Below, one piece after another: positions 1 through 8,718 of a stretch of 64,000 bases of DNA. Numbering within the stretch: position 1 is the stretch's first letter; every line of letters begins with the position of its first letter. The stretch spans positions 77,716-141,715 of the forward strand of contig CAZEEI010000003.1 of the NCBI GenBank assembly GCA_964511175.1, given 5' to 3'. Below the pieces are notes generated by a model. The model saw only the letters and a program-made list of their open reading frames with translations, made no database searches and was not told the origin of the DNA. The DNA is from an uncultured Pseudomonadales bacterium (GTDB lineage: Bacteria; Patescibacteriota; Microgenomatia; UBA1400; UBA1396). A program made the translations under genes and the position numbers.

Positions 1-131
1 CAAACGCCCAAAAAGGGAAAAAAAACCACGACCCCCGCGGTGGGTCACGTCCAGGCAGGCCGCCATTAACGCCAGCGCGCTTCACATTCCTTTCGAAAAA
101 AGTTCGGGTTGAGTATATCATAAGAAAGAAC

Positions 132-3100
132 ATGAATGATTTTGAGACGGTTTACGCGGCTTTGAATCCGCAGCAACGGGTGGCAGTGGATGCGCTGGAA
201 GGTCCGGTGCTGGTGTTGGCTGGACCAGGAACCGGCAAGACTCAAATTTTGTCACTGCGAATAGCCAACCTTTTGCGGCAAGTGCCGGGGTTGGAGCCGC
301 GTAATATTTTGGCACTCACCTTTACCAACGCGGGCGCTAAAAATATGCAGCAACGGTTAGTGTCGTTACTGGGGCCAGCTGGGTATGCGGTGAAGTGTGC
401 CACCTTCCACAGTTTTTGCAGTGACGTTATTGCCACTCACCCCGACCAGTTTCCCGTGCTGACCAGTCTCAGTGACGCCGCTGCCGAAGTAGACCGTTAT
501 GCAATCGTCGAAACGATTTTGCGAACTAGTGATTTTCCCTTACTAAAGCCGTTGGGCGACCCCTTCCGTTACGTCAGCCAAGTGTTGAACTTAATTGCCA
601 ATTACAAACGCGAGGGTCACACGGTGTTGACTTTGCGCGCCCTGGCCGAAACCGAAAGGACTGCCGCCGCATCACCTGAACTAAAAAAGAGTGAGGCTGC
701 AGCGCGGGAAAAAGTAGCCGCCAAAAACCTGGAAGTAATTGAGGTAATGGCTGAGTACGAACGGTTAATGCGCGAACGCGGCCTTTATGATTACGAAGAC
801 ATCATTTTATGGGTGCGTGACAGTTTTGCTCAAGATGAAGATTTGCTGCGGCAGTACCAGGAACAATACCAATACGTTTTGTTGGATGAGTTTCAGGACA
901 CCAACCAGGCTCAGTTGCAAGTAGCGCAGTCACTCTTAGGTTACTGGGGGCAGCAGGCAAATATTTTTGCGGTGGGCGATCCTAACCAATCAATCTATCG
1001 TTTTCAGGGAGCCTCGCTAGCTAATACACTGAGTTTTTTGGAACTTTACCCGGAGGCGCGGGTGATTACGCTGCGCACCGGTTACCGTTGCGGCCAGAAG
1101 ATTTACGATGCAGCGGCCGCGCTGATTAAGCAAAATATTCAATCGCTAGCTGATGACCGTTTGGCCGGTTTAGCCGATCCTTTGCAGAGCGCGGCCGCCG
1201 CACCGGGCCAGCTAATTACCTATGCCGCCGCTGATACTCTAGCCGAATGTTTTTGGGTGGTAGATCAAATCCGCTCTTTGGCAGATCAGGGTACACCGCT
1301 CGATCAAATCGCTGTTTTGTACCGTCAACACAAACACTCCCGGCTGTTGGCTAATGTACTAACCAAAGCAGGTATCGCTTACGAAATTAATAATAGCACC
1401 AGCATTTTGGAACACCCGTTTATCACGCAGATCATCGCGCTGTTGCGTTTTTTGGTGCAGCTGCAGGAAAATAGTGAAGCGCCGGCGGTTTTGCCGGTCC
1501 TGCAGCAGCCTTGGTTTAAGCTCAACCCAACCGATATTTTGAAACTGATTCGGGCTGCCCGCACCGCTTCTACGGGCAAAAGTCCCTGGGATATTTTGAC
1601 GGATGAAGCTGCGGCGCGTGCTTTACACTTGAGCGACCCGTCTGCCCTACTGGCGTGGCGAGAGCAAATGATTGCTTGGCAACATCGCAGCGGCCAAAAA
1701 CCGGTGGGTGAGTTAATCGAAAGTGTTTTGCGTGAGGCCGGTATTTTTGCTTTGGCGCTGGCTAAGGAAATACCGCTAGTTGATCTCAATGTGCTAGTTA
1801 GTTTTTTGCACGAGGCGCAAGAATGGTCGCGCCTCAATCCGGCTGGCCGACTCAACGATTGGCTGGACCGTTTAGACCGTATGCGGCGGCACGGTTTGGG
1901 AGTAGCGGCCAAAGACCTAGATTTGCCGCAGCAGGCTGTCCGCCTGTCGACTGCCCATCAAGCTAAGGGGCAGGAGTGGGATTACGTTTTTATTTTGCAC
2001 GCCCAAGATACCTACTGGGGCAACTTGCGCCATAGCAGTGTGCTGAAACCCCTGCCTCACACCGTACCCTACGACGAATTGGATCAGAACGAGCATAACG
2101 AAGATGAGCGCCGCCTATTTTACGTAGCTTTAACCCGCGCGCGTCAGCAAGTAGGAGTGAGCTGGAGCGGTCGGGTGATCGAGGCAGACTACCAGCGTGA
2201 ACTACAACCTACCCAATTTATGGTGGAAATGGCGAGCCAGTCCTGGCAGGAGCAACCTAGTCAATCGCCGGTGGAAACCCAACAACAATTGGCCGCTTAC
2301 TTAACCTCTGAACCAACTCCTTGGTTATCACCGTCAGTGGATCGTCAGTGGCTACACTCGCTACTAGATAATCATTTTTCTCTGTCGCCTAGCGCGCTCC
2401 AAGATTATTTGGAATGTCCGGCTCGTTTTTTGTTCCAGCGGGTGATTCGTTTACCCCAATCACCTCAGCCGCACCTGGCACTAGGTACCGCCGCCCACGC
2501 CGCCCTCGAGTTTGTCTACCGCGAACTTACCACTAGTGGCAACGTGCCGCCGCTAGAGCAGATTCATCGCCGCATCGATCAAGTTTTAGCTAAACTGCCT
2601 TTTGCGCCGGCCGAACTGGCCCAACTGGCCGCCGAAGCCAAGTCACGTCTAACCGCCTATTACGAAGCCAACCAGGCTGAGTTTCGGCCGGCGCTGGAAG
2701 TGGAAAAATTCTTAGGCCGGACCCCACAGATAGTGTTCGAAGGGTTATCGCTTAATGGCAAGATCGACCGCATTGATTGGCTCGAAGAGTTGGAATTAAC
2801 CGTGCGGGTGGTAGATTATAAGGACACCAAGCCTAAGTCGCGCAACGCCATGCTAGGTAAGACCCAGGCCCCGCTAAATTATTTCCGTCAATTAGTGTTT
2901 TACGCCCTGCTGGTAGAGTTGGATAGTGGCATCCCCTATAAAGTGCGCGAAGGGGAAATTATTTTCTTGCAGCCCAAAGCCAGTGGGCAGTACACCACGG
3001 AAACTTTTCTCATCCTGCCGGAACATTTGGACGAACTAAAAACTACACTACGCACCGTGAAAGCGGAGCTAGATGAGCTGGTCTTTTTGGACCGGCCGCC

Positions 3101-3152
3101 GTGCGGTGAGTGCGACGTATGTAAAAATCTAGGTTTGATGAAGGAGCGCTGA
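132..3152 (+). CDS. UvrD/PcrA-like superfamily-1 helicase fused to a C-terminal PD-(D/E)xK nuclease with a Cas4/AddB-type 4-Cys (Fe-S) arrangement
   Basis: N-terminal Walker A LAGPGTGKTQ and DEFQDT (Walker B/motif II) typical of UvrD/Rep. The C-terminal ~250 aa carry IDRID...VVDYKDTK (D...DxK nuclease core), preceded by one Cys (LECPARF) and followed by CGECDVC. This one-plus-three Cys pattern matches AddB/Cas4 iron-sulfur nucleases. Confidence 0.8.
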   Translation: MNDFETVYAALNPQQRVAVDALEGPVLVLAGPGTGKTQILSLRIANLLRQVPGLEPRNILALTFTNAGAKNMQQRLVSLLGPAGYAVKCATFHSFCSDVIATHPDQFPVLTSLSDAAAEVDRYAIVETILRTSDFPLLKPLGDPFRYVSQVLNLIANYKREGHTVLTLRALAETERTAAASPELKKSEAAAREKVAAKNLEVIEVMAEYERLMRERGLYDYEDIILWVRDSFAQDEDLLRQYQEQYQYVLLDEFQDTNQAQLQVAQSLLGYWGQQANIFAVGDPNQSIYRFQGASLANTLSFLELYPEARVITLRTGYRCGQKIYDAAAALIKQNIQSLADDRLAGLADPLQSAAAAPGQLITYAAADTLAECFWVVDQIRSLADQGTPLDQIAVLYRQHKHSRLLANVLTKAGIAYEINNSTSILEHPFITQIIALLRFLVQLQENSEAPAVLPVLQQPWFKLNPTDILKLIRAARTASTGKSPWDILTDEAAARALHLSDPSALLAWREQMIAWQHRSGQKPVGELIESVLREAGIFALALAKEIPLVDLNVLVSFLHEAQEWSRLNPAGRLNDWLDRLDRMRRHGLGVAAKDLDLPQQAVRLSTAHQAKGQEWDYVFILHAQDTYWGNLRHSSVLKPLPHTVPYDELDQNEHNEDERRLFYVALTRARQQVGVSWSGRVIEADYQRELQPTQFMVEMASQSWQEQPSQSPVETQQQLAAYLTSEPTPWLSPSVDRQWLHSLLDNHFSLSPSALQDYLECPARFLFQRVIRLPQSPQPHLALGTAAHAALEFVYRELTTSGNVPPLEQIHRRIDQVLAKLPFAPAELAQLAAEAKSRLTAYYEANQAEFRPALEVEKFLGRTPQIVFEGLSLNGKIDRIDWLEELELTVRVVDYKDTKPKSRNAMLGKTQAPLNYFRQLVFYALLVELDSGIPYKVREGEIIFLQPKASGQYTTETFLILPEHLDELKTTLRTVKAELDELVFLDRPPCGECDVCKNLGLMKER

Positions 3153-3565
3153 TGAGGCTAACCGGCAGTCAAGAAAATGATCGACGTAATCCTGAGTTAA
3201 TAATCGCCGAGTCACTGCTTGATATGGTGGCTAGTTTAGGCTTAGTTGAAACTGCGGTGATGGCTAGACAGAGAGAGGATTTCAGTCTCAATAAATCACC
3301 AACCGATGCAATTGTTAAACAGCGAGCCAACGAGTATTGGGAATTAGGTGAGATAATGACCGGCCGCTCTAATACTTCCAACGATCGATTAGCCTGGAGT
3401 ATTCTTTTAATTGTTTTCTATTTACCGTGTCAAACCAATTTAGTAAAAAGTGCTTGCCGAGAAGCATTCGCCGACGCACAGGAGATTGCCTTTCAATTGT
3501 ATCGGGATGATTTAGTGGAGAAGTTAACTAATTGGCAACGTTTGGTGTTCGCGCTGCAATCTTAA
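3152..3565 (+). CDS. hypothetical protein (137 aa), start overlaps upstream stop (TGATG)
   Basis: Six-frame ORF. ATG overlaps the TGA of the helicase-nuclease, suggesting translational coupling. AT-richer composition. No recognisable motif. Confidence 0.4.
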   Translation: MRLTGSQENDRRNPELIIAESLLDMVASLGLVETAVMARQREDFSLNKSPTDAIVKQRANEYWELGEIMTGRSNTSNDRLAWSILLIVFYLPCQTNLVKSACREAFADAQEIAFQLYRDDLVEKLTNWQRLVFALQS

Positions 3566-3605
3566 CGAAACATCTTAATATAGCAAAACGGTTATACTAA
3601 CAGCT

Positions 3606-4175
3606 ATGCTAAGTCACGAATCTTGGTACTCTCAAATTGAAGCCGTTACTCGGTCAATCGAAAAGCACACCGATTCCCCCGATATGTGCTTAGTAAGATC
3701 CGTGCTTTCCTATTTGTCGGAAATTAATAATCAGCCAGTCGATGAAGATTTAATTAAGCAGATGGTATTAATGAGAGTTGAACAATTAGCCGCGCCTATT
3801 CCGGCTAAACAACAGGAATCGGTTCGCAGCACCGCCATTTTGCAACAACTAGAAGAATTTGTTGCAAAAGCGATTCGATTAGTGGGAATCGATTTACAAC
3901 GGCGCCAACTAGAGGTATTCGAAGTCGCAATTCTCTCACTTCAGCAATTGAAAGCGACTCTACAAAAATTGCCAAATGGAGGAATTATCCACTTTAATCC
4001 CCATGCGGCTCACGTTATTTACGATGCGGCTGCGGATCGAATAATCGATGTTTCCGACGGTCTAAAGAAAGCCGATTATGTGCAAGATGTTTTCACCAAA
4101 CACCAGCCGAAAGGTTATGACGGAGAGTTGGTGGGGGTGAAACTCTTATCAATTACCTCGCCATCATTGCTATAA
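3606..4175 (+). CDS. hypothetical protein (189 aa)
   Basis: ORF in the AT-rich block. Its last ~13 codons (GYDGELVGVKL...) are repeated at 5474-5513. Confidence 0.45.
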   Translation: MLSHESWYSQIEAVTRSIEKHTDSPDMCLVRSVLSYLSEINNQPVDEDLIKQMVLMRVEQLAAPIPAKQQESVRSTAILQQLEEFVAKAIRLVGIDLQRRQLEVFEVAILSLQQLKATLQKLPNGGIIHFNPHAAHVIYDAAADRIIDVSDGLKKADYVQDVFTKHQPKGYDGELVGVKLLSITSPSLL

Positions 4176-4182
4176 TCATCGC

Positions 4183-5199
4183 ATGAATAAAATAATCCGA
4201 ACAATCTGCCTTTTTAAAAAAGAAGCAACTGATGGTGATATACGTAAACTTACAGAATTGCAGTCCCTATTCGAAAAAAGTGACTTTATTGTCCAAACCA
4301 CCAGATTATGTTCACCAACCGACAATTTTTCTGAATTGGAGAAACGATTATCTGATACCCCAACCTTGCTTAGTGTCGGACGACTGGATTTTGATCAAGC
4401 ACTTTCCCAATTAAGTGATTTCTACCAAACGAAAAATGTTTCTTTTAATATCGAATTATCCCAAGAAAATTTGGCATTAAGACATACCGACGTCCTCTTT
4501 AACATAATCCGGAATGCCTCGGCTAAGACCTTTAATTTTACTTATACCTTTAATAACGCACCCGCTAGCCCTTATTTTCCCTCTGCCGTTTATCAAGAAG
4601 ACGGGTTTACTATTGGTCTGCAACCAACTGATTTATCCATCAGCGCAACCTCGCTCGAAGAGTGGTTCAGTGCAATGCAACAAATTTGGGAAGAAGTTAA
4701 TTTACTGGCTCAGACTAAGATGGGTTATCTTGGACTCGATTCATCGATCGCCCCCTTATTCACGGGGCCAAGCAGTCTCATCAATTTTATCAGGCGCTTG
4801 GGTTTAACTTTTGATCAGTCGGTGCTTACCGATACCTACTTAAAAATAACTCGTTTTATTAAGGAGCATAATCCTCAACCCATTGGTCTTAATGGCTTAA
4901 TGCTACCTGCTTTAGAGGATTTTGAACTTGCTGATGAATATGAGTTGGGCAATTTCAGTTTGGAGAGAAATGTTTTCCTTTCTCTACATTCCGGTCTAGG
5001 TATAGACACTTATCCGATTGGTATTGATGAATCGCCCCAAAAAGTACTGAATATTCTGCAGACGGTCCAGGGCCTATCGAATAAATACCTAAAACCTCTA
5101 TCCGTAAGATTTGTTTCCGACGGGAAAGCCAAAATTGGCGAAGAAACTGATTTTAACAACCAATACTTAAAAGACGTAACCGTAAGGCAGCTATTTTAA
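4183..5199 (+). CDS. hypothetical protein (338 aa)
   Basis: Long ORF, AT-rich, followed by a hairpin plus T-tract. No recognisable domain. Confidence 0.45.
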   Translation: MNKIIRTICLFKKEATDGDIRKLTELQSLFEKSDFIVQTTRLCSPTDNFSELEKRLSDTPTLLSVGRLDFDQALSQLSDFYQTKNVSFNIELSQENLALRHTDVLFNIIRNASAKTFNFTYTFNNAPASPYFPSAVYQEDGFTIGLQPTDLSISATSLEEWFSAMQQIWEEVNLLAQTKMGYLGLDSSIAPLFTGPSSLINFIRRLGLTFDQSVLTDTYLKITRFIKEHNPQPIGLNGLMLPALEDFELADEYELGNFSLERNVFLSLHSGLGIDTYPIGIDESPQKVLNILQTVQGLSNKYLKPLSVRFVSDGKAKIGEETDFNNQYLKDVTVRQLF

Positions 5200-5268
5200 C
5201 TACTGACGCGTGCTGCTACTTGCCAAAATACTGGGTTTAGATTAGAATTTAAAACAACTAAGCTAACT

Positions 5269-5305
5269 CCCCCTGGTTCTTCACGACCCAGGGGTTTTTG
5301 TTAGT
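5269..5305 (+). terminator. rho-independent terminator (CCCCTGG-n11-CCAGGGG + TTTTTGTTAGTTTTTG)
   Basis: Perfect 7-bp stem followed by a T-rich tract, ~70 nt after the 338-aa ORF stop. Confidence 0.5.
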
Positions 5306-5337
5306 TTTTGGTCACTATGGCGTGGTTATAATCACGG

Positions 5338-5514
5338 CATGCCAAAAACGATCGTGCTTTACGACGGCAGCAATTTTTACAACGGTGCTAAGAGATTGTA
5401 TCCCGACGGCCACTTGTCCAGGTTTAACTATATCGGTTTAGCTGACCGGCTTGTCAAGGACCGACCTGAACAGGTTAATTACAAGGTTACGACGGGGAGC
5501 TGGTGGGGGTAAAA
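5338..5514 (+). pseudogene. remnant of an NYN-domain (LabA/DUF88-like) gene, truncated or frameshifted
   Basis: Translation MPKTIVLYDGSNFYNGAKRLYPDGH... resembles NYN-domain N-termini (xIFIDGSNLYxxxK) but stops after 58 aa. The alternate frame continues GYDGELVGVKLF..., duplicating the 3' end of ORF 3606..4175. Confidence 0.35.
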
Positions 5515-5777
5515 CTTTTCGCAATTGCCTTGCCATCAATTAAGGCATATAGCGAAAGTTTAGATCGAGACGAGTTCCTAAGGTTAATTAGTTCGCAGTT
5601 ATAGCCGTTAAATTTGAGCAATTTTGTCAATCGAAATATTTGGTAGTAAAGGTGTTTATTAGTCAATGCTCCATGGTTTGGTAACTATCTCATCAGCTTG
5701 TTCGATTTATTTGTACATATGTACAAATTAAATGAGTCGCCGAAATAGTAACAGTAACCCTTTGGTATACTCACTAG

Positions 5778-6719
5778 GTGAAATCAGGAATCCGCATTTC
5801 AACCGAAGCAATAGAGAAAATCCTCCAGCTAAATCATCTCCCTCGGCTAGCGTCCCTGCGCGAAATTACCACGGGACTGACCAATCCCGTGTTTGTTATT
5901 AATGAACAGTGTGTACTGCGCGTCGACACCAATACTAGCGAGCAGGATGCTGATCGATTTACCAAAGAAGCATTCTTGTATACCACTTTGGCCAGACATT
6001 CAGTACCAGTACCGCAGTTGTTTTCTTTTGACAATAGCAGGGAAATTATTAACCAAGATTTTTTGCTGCTTTCCTATATTGCTGGTGAGACTCTGGCCAG
6101 TTCATTTAAAAGACAAAGTCACACAGTGCAAAAGTCATTATCTTTTCAGCTAGGAGAACTTGCCTACCAGATTCGTTCTATCGATTTGGACGAATTTATG
6201 AAGGGTGAAAAGTTGCTGCGGAAAAAAATGAATTGGCAGCAAACGGTGATGGCGGAACATACTGCCTATTTTAGTTTAGTCCAAGAAAAAGGATATTTGT
6301 CTCCGAAAGAACTAAGCGAAATCGCCAGTATATTCCAGCAATTTAAAGCCTTAAAGATGCCCACTGAGCAGGAACGTTTGGTGCATGGCGATTTTAGTAT
6401 GGATAATATTCAAGTAAAGGATGACCGGATTGTCGGCATCTTTGATTTTGAATTTGCCACTTTAGGTGATCCGCTTTACGACCTGCAAAAGTTGCCGGTT
6501 CATTTTGGACTAGGCGAAGGTTTTGACATCTCTCTTTTTTGGCAGGGATACAACCATGGTAATTTTAGTGTTGAAGAAAATATTCGCTTTAAAATGTATT
6601 GTTTGAACCAAGGTCTTTGGACAATTTGGGCAACGATAACTCAGCGGTTTCCTTTTGGAGAGGCAGAGATCGCTAGAGGCAAAAATCTTATCCATGTTAC
6701 ACTGCCCTTTAATATATAG
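5778..6719 (+). CDS. phosphotransferase-enzyme-family kinase (APH/choline-kinase-like)
   Basis: Brenner motif LVHGDFSMDNIQV (HGDxxxxN) and downstream IFDFEFATLGDPLYDL (DxE...GDPxxDL), characteristic of the aminoglycoside phosphotransferase fold. Confidence 0.75.
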   Translation: MKSGIRISTEAIEKILQLNHLPRLASLREITTGLTNPVFVINEQCVLRVDTNTSEQDADRFTKEAFLYTTLARHSVPVPQLFSFDNSREIINQDFLLLSYIAGETLASSFKRQSHTVQKSLSFQLGELAYQIRSIDLDEFMKGEKLLRKKMNWQQTVMAEHTAYFSLVQEKGYLSPKELSEIASIFQQFKALKMPTEQERLVHGDFSMDNIQVKDDRIVGIFDFEFATLGDPLYDLQKLPVHFGLGEGFDISLFWQGYNHGNFSVEENIRFKMYCLNQGLWTIWATITQRFPFGEAEIARGKNLIHVTLPFNI

Positions 6720-6736
6720 AAAAAGAAAGGGACGTT

Positions 6737-7240
6737 ATGGGCAGGCGTAAGGATCAGACTAAAGAAACTGATGAGAGGACGAACGAACCAGCGATAAAAT
6801 CCACCCGATACGATCGTCGTTTACTGTTTGATGCGGAAGAAATTTATTATGCTTTTGAATGGCTTAAACGTGAATATGCTGAAAGCCATGCTCACCCTCG
6901 GTTGTGCAAGAACTGCGACCTTGTTCAAGATGAGCTTTGCAGCGGGTACAGCGCTTTGAGTTGTGATACTCACAATAGTGCTGAGTTTGCCAGATTGATG
7001 AAGCACTGGATTGACGTCGAGTTGCCGAAACTGGATCCTCGCCAGCGTTTTGATGAGATACTTCGGGCTCTGCGGGCAATTGATGAAGGCAAAGTCCCCG
7101 CCAAAATAGGTTCGGAATATACTGAGCTGGTTCGAGCCTTAGCGGCAAAGACTCCCGTAGAAATATGGGCCGAAATACGCCAAAAACTCCGGGATATTGA
7201 TGATGAAGATAAGCGTCAGGCTGCGGCAAAAAATAGATAA
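6737..7240 (+). CDS. hypothetical Cys-containing protein (167 aa)
   Basis: ORF with good RBS spacing after the APH-like gene. CKNCDLVQDELC...C cluster. No recognised family. Confidence 0.45.
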   Translation: MGRRKDQTKETDERTNEPAIKSTRYDRRLLFDAEEIYYAFEWLKREYAESHAHPRLCKNCDLVQDELCSGYSALSCDTHNSAEFARLMKHWIDVELPKLDPRQRFDEILRALRAIDEGKVPAKIGSEYTELVRALAAKTPVEIWAEIRQKLRDIDDEDKRQAAAKNR

Positions 7241-7248
7241 CACATTCT

Positions 7249-8586
7249 TTATCGCCACCTCGGCAGGGCAAAATAAAGTTTTCCCCATACTTCGGTTACC
7301 GGTAGGGCGGTCCAATTGGGCAAAAACAGGATAAAAGTTGTGGCGGTTAAAACCACTAAAATCGTTACGGTCCATCGCCCTAGTTTAGTTTCCTGCCAAA
7401 GTTGTATCAATTGTTGACTGAGCAAAATCACGAGGAATGGCAGTGCCGGCAGATAATGATAAAAGAACATGATCCGCGGTGAAGCAGTCCAAGGCAACCA
7501 AGTTAGACCGTAAGCGAGTAAAGCCAAAGTCAAAGCATCGCGTTGCCGCCGTTGCTGGTGCGAAAGGCGTGATTGCCGCCATAAAGTAATGAGATCGCCT
7601 AGACTCCAGCCCACTGCCAACAAGCCGCCCCAAAAAATCCAGGGATTACCCAGCATATAGATATTTTGTAAAACACCAGGTCGGGTGAAATCGGCGTAGA
7701 CATACACCGGCCGCCAATCAAGTGCCCATTCCCAAGGTTTGGATTGGTACGGGTGGGTGGCTTCTAAGTGGGTTTGGTACCACCAGGTTTGGTGCAATAG
7801 TTCTTCAAAGTGGGCCCAGTTATGGCCCTGGGCAAACATTTGGGTGTAACTGAGCAAATAAATCGCCGGAACCAGTAGAACCAAAGCACCTAACAAAAAT
7901 AATTGGGAACGCCATCTTTGCCACCAGTGGGATCGATTGTTCCAAAAAACTAAAACCTGGTCGGCGCCGATGATTACCCCCACAAAAAGACCCGACCATT
8001 TGCTGGCTACCGCTAGACCCGCCGCCGCTGCCACGGCTAGTGCTCGCCGCTCGCTAGGTTGTTTTTTCCAGCGGGCGTACAACCAAGTAGTAAGGAGAAT
8101 AAAGAAAGCCACGTGGGCATCGTTCATAGCAATCCGCGAGGTAGTTAGTGCCAAGCCGTCCAGCGACAGCAGTCCCATGGCCAGTAAAGCCACGTTGGTC
8201 GATAGTCCTAGTTCGAGAGCAAAAATACCAACTAAACCGATCGTGGCCGTGCCAAAAATAGCCGCGCTGAACCGCCAGCCAAAACCGTTTTCGCCAAATA
8301 TCGCCATGCTGGCCGCCTGCGTTAATTTGGCCAGAGGCGGGTGCAGCCAGTCTACGGCCGTATTGGGTTCGGGCGGCGGGTTCGACCATTCGTAGGCGCG
8401 TGAATCGTTGTGGAGGATGAGTTTGGCCGTTACGGCGTGGTAGACCTCGTCAAAGTAATAAGTGCTGGGAATGTTTAAGCGATAAAGACGCGTTACTAGA
8501 GCAAAAATTAAAATGGCGATAAACAGCCAGTTTTGCCGGCCAGTAAGGATGGAGCGAAGCCTGTTCATGCGGGATAAGTTTAACAC
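7249..8586 (-). CDS. GT-C fold membrane glycosyltransferase, PMT/ArnT (GT39/GT83)-like
   Basis: Polytopic hydrophobic protein with the N-terminal loop motif YYFDEVYHAVTA (DE motif of protein-O-mannosyltransferase/ArnT-like enzymes). Confidence 0.65.
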   Translation of the reverse strand: MLNLSRMNRLRSILTGRQNWLFIAILIFALVTRLYRLNIPSTYYFDEVYHAVTAKLILHNDSRAYEWSNPPPEPNTAVDWLHPPLAKLTQAASMAIFGENGFGWRFSAAIFGTATIGLVGIFALELGLSTNVALLAMGLLSLDGLALTTSRIAMNDAHVAFFILLTTWLYARWKKQPSERRALAVAAAAGLAVASKWSGLFVGVIIGADQVLVFWNNRSHWWQRWRSQLFLLGALVLLVPAIYLLSYTQMFAQGHNWAHFEELLHQTWWYQTHLEATHPYQSKPWEWALDWRPVYVYADFTRPGVLQNIYMLGNPWIFWGGLLAVGWSLGDLITLWRQSRLSHQQRRQRDALTLALLAYGLTWLPWTASPRIMFFYHYLPALPFLVILLSQQLIQLWQETKLGRWTVTILVVLTATTFILFLPNWTALPVTEVWGKLYFALPRWR

Positions 8587-8619
8587 GTTGATGCCATCTT
8601 TTTGTTATTTCGACATGAT

Positions 8620-8664
8620 AGTTACTTACCGAAGTTACCCATACTTACCAAATGGTAAGTAACT
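8620..8664. promoter_or_regulatory. perfect 11-bp inverted repeat (AGTTACTTACC n23 GGTAAGTAACT) in a divergent intergenic region
   Basis: Seen directly. Extra GTTACC/CTTACC half-site copies lie inside the spacer. It sits between divergently transcribed membrane-protein genes. Confidence 0.3.
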
Positions 8665-8718
8665 TTCCCGCTAAAATTGCCGCAAAGAGACTTGGAGTGT
8701 CCGTTATAGAATGGGGAT

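Noticed and set aside
1-131. Promoter or terminator upstream of the first gene (GACCCCCGCGGTGGGTC hairpin, TTGAGTATATCAT)
   Set aside because: The candidate -10/-35 boxes are weak or irregularly spaced, and the hairpin lacks a U-tract. It is too ambiguous to call.
1379-1912. Numerous minus-strand or alternative-frame ORFs inside long genes (e.g. 1379..1912, 8054..8389, 20126..20428, 24866..25273, 33832..34131, 35267..35590, 62087..62449, 63370..63696)
   Set aside because: They lie wholly within well-supported genes on the other strand or frame (helicase, GT-C, thrS, lon, pnp, GT2, O-antigen ligase). They show biased Arg/Ser/Pro composition typical of antisense reading.
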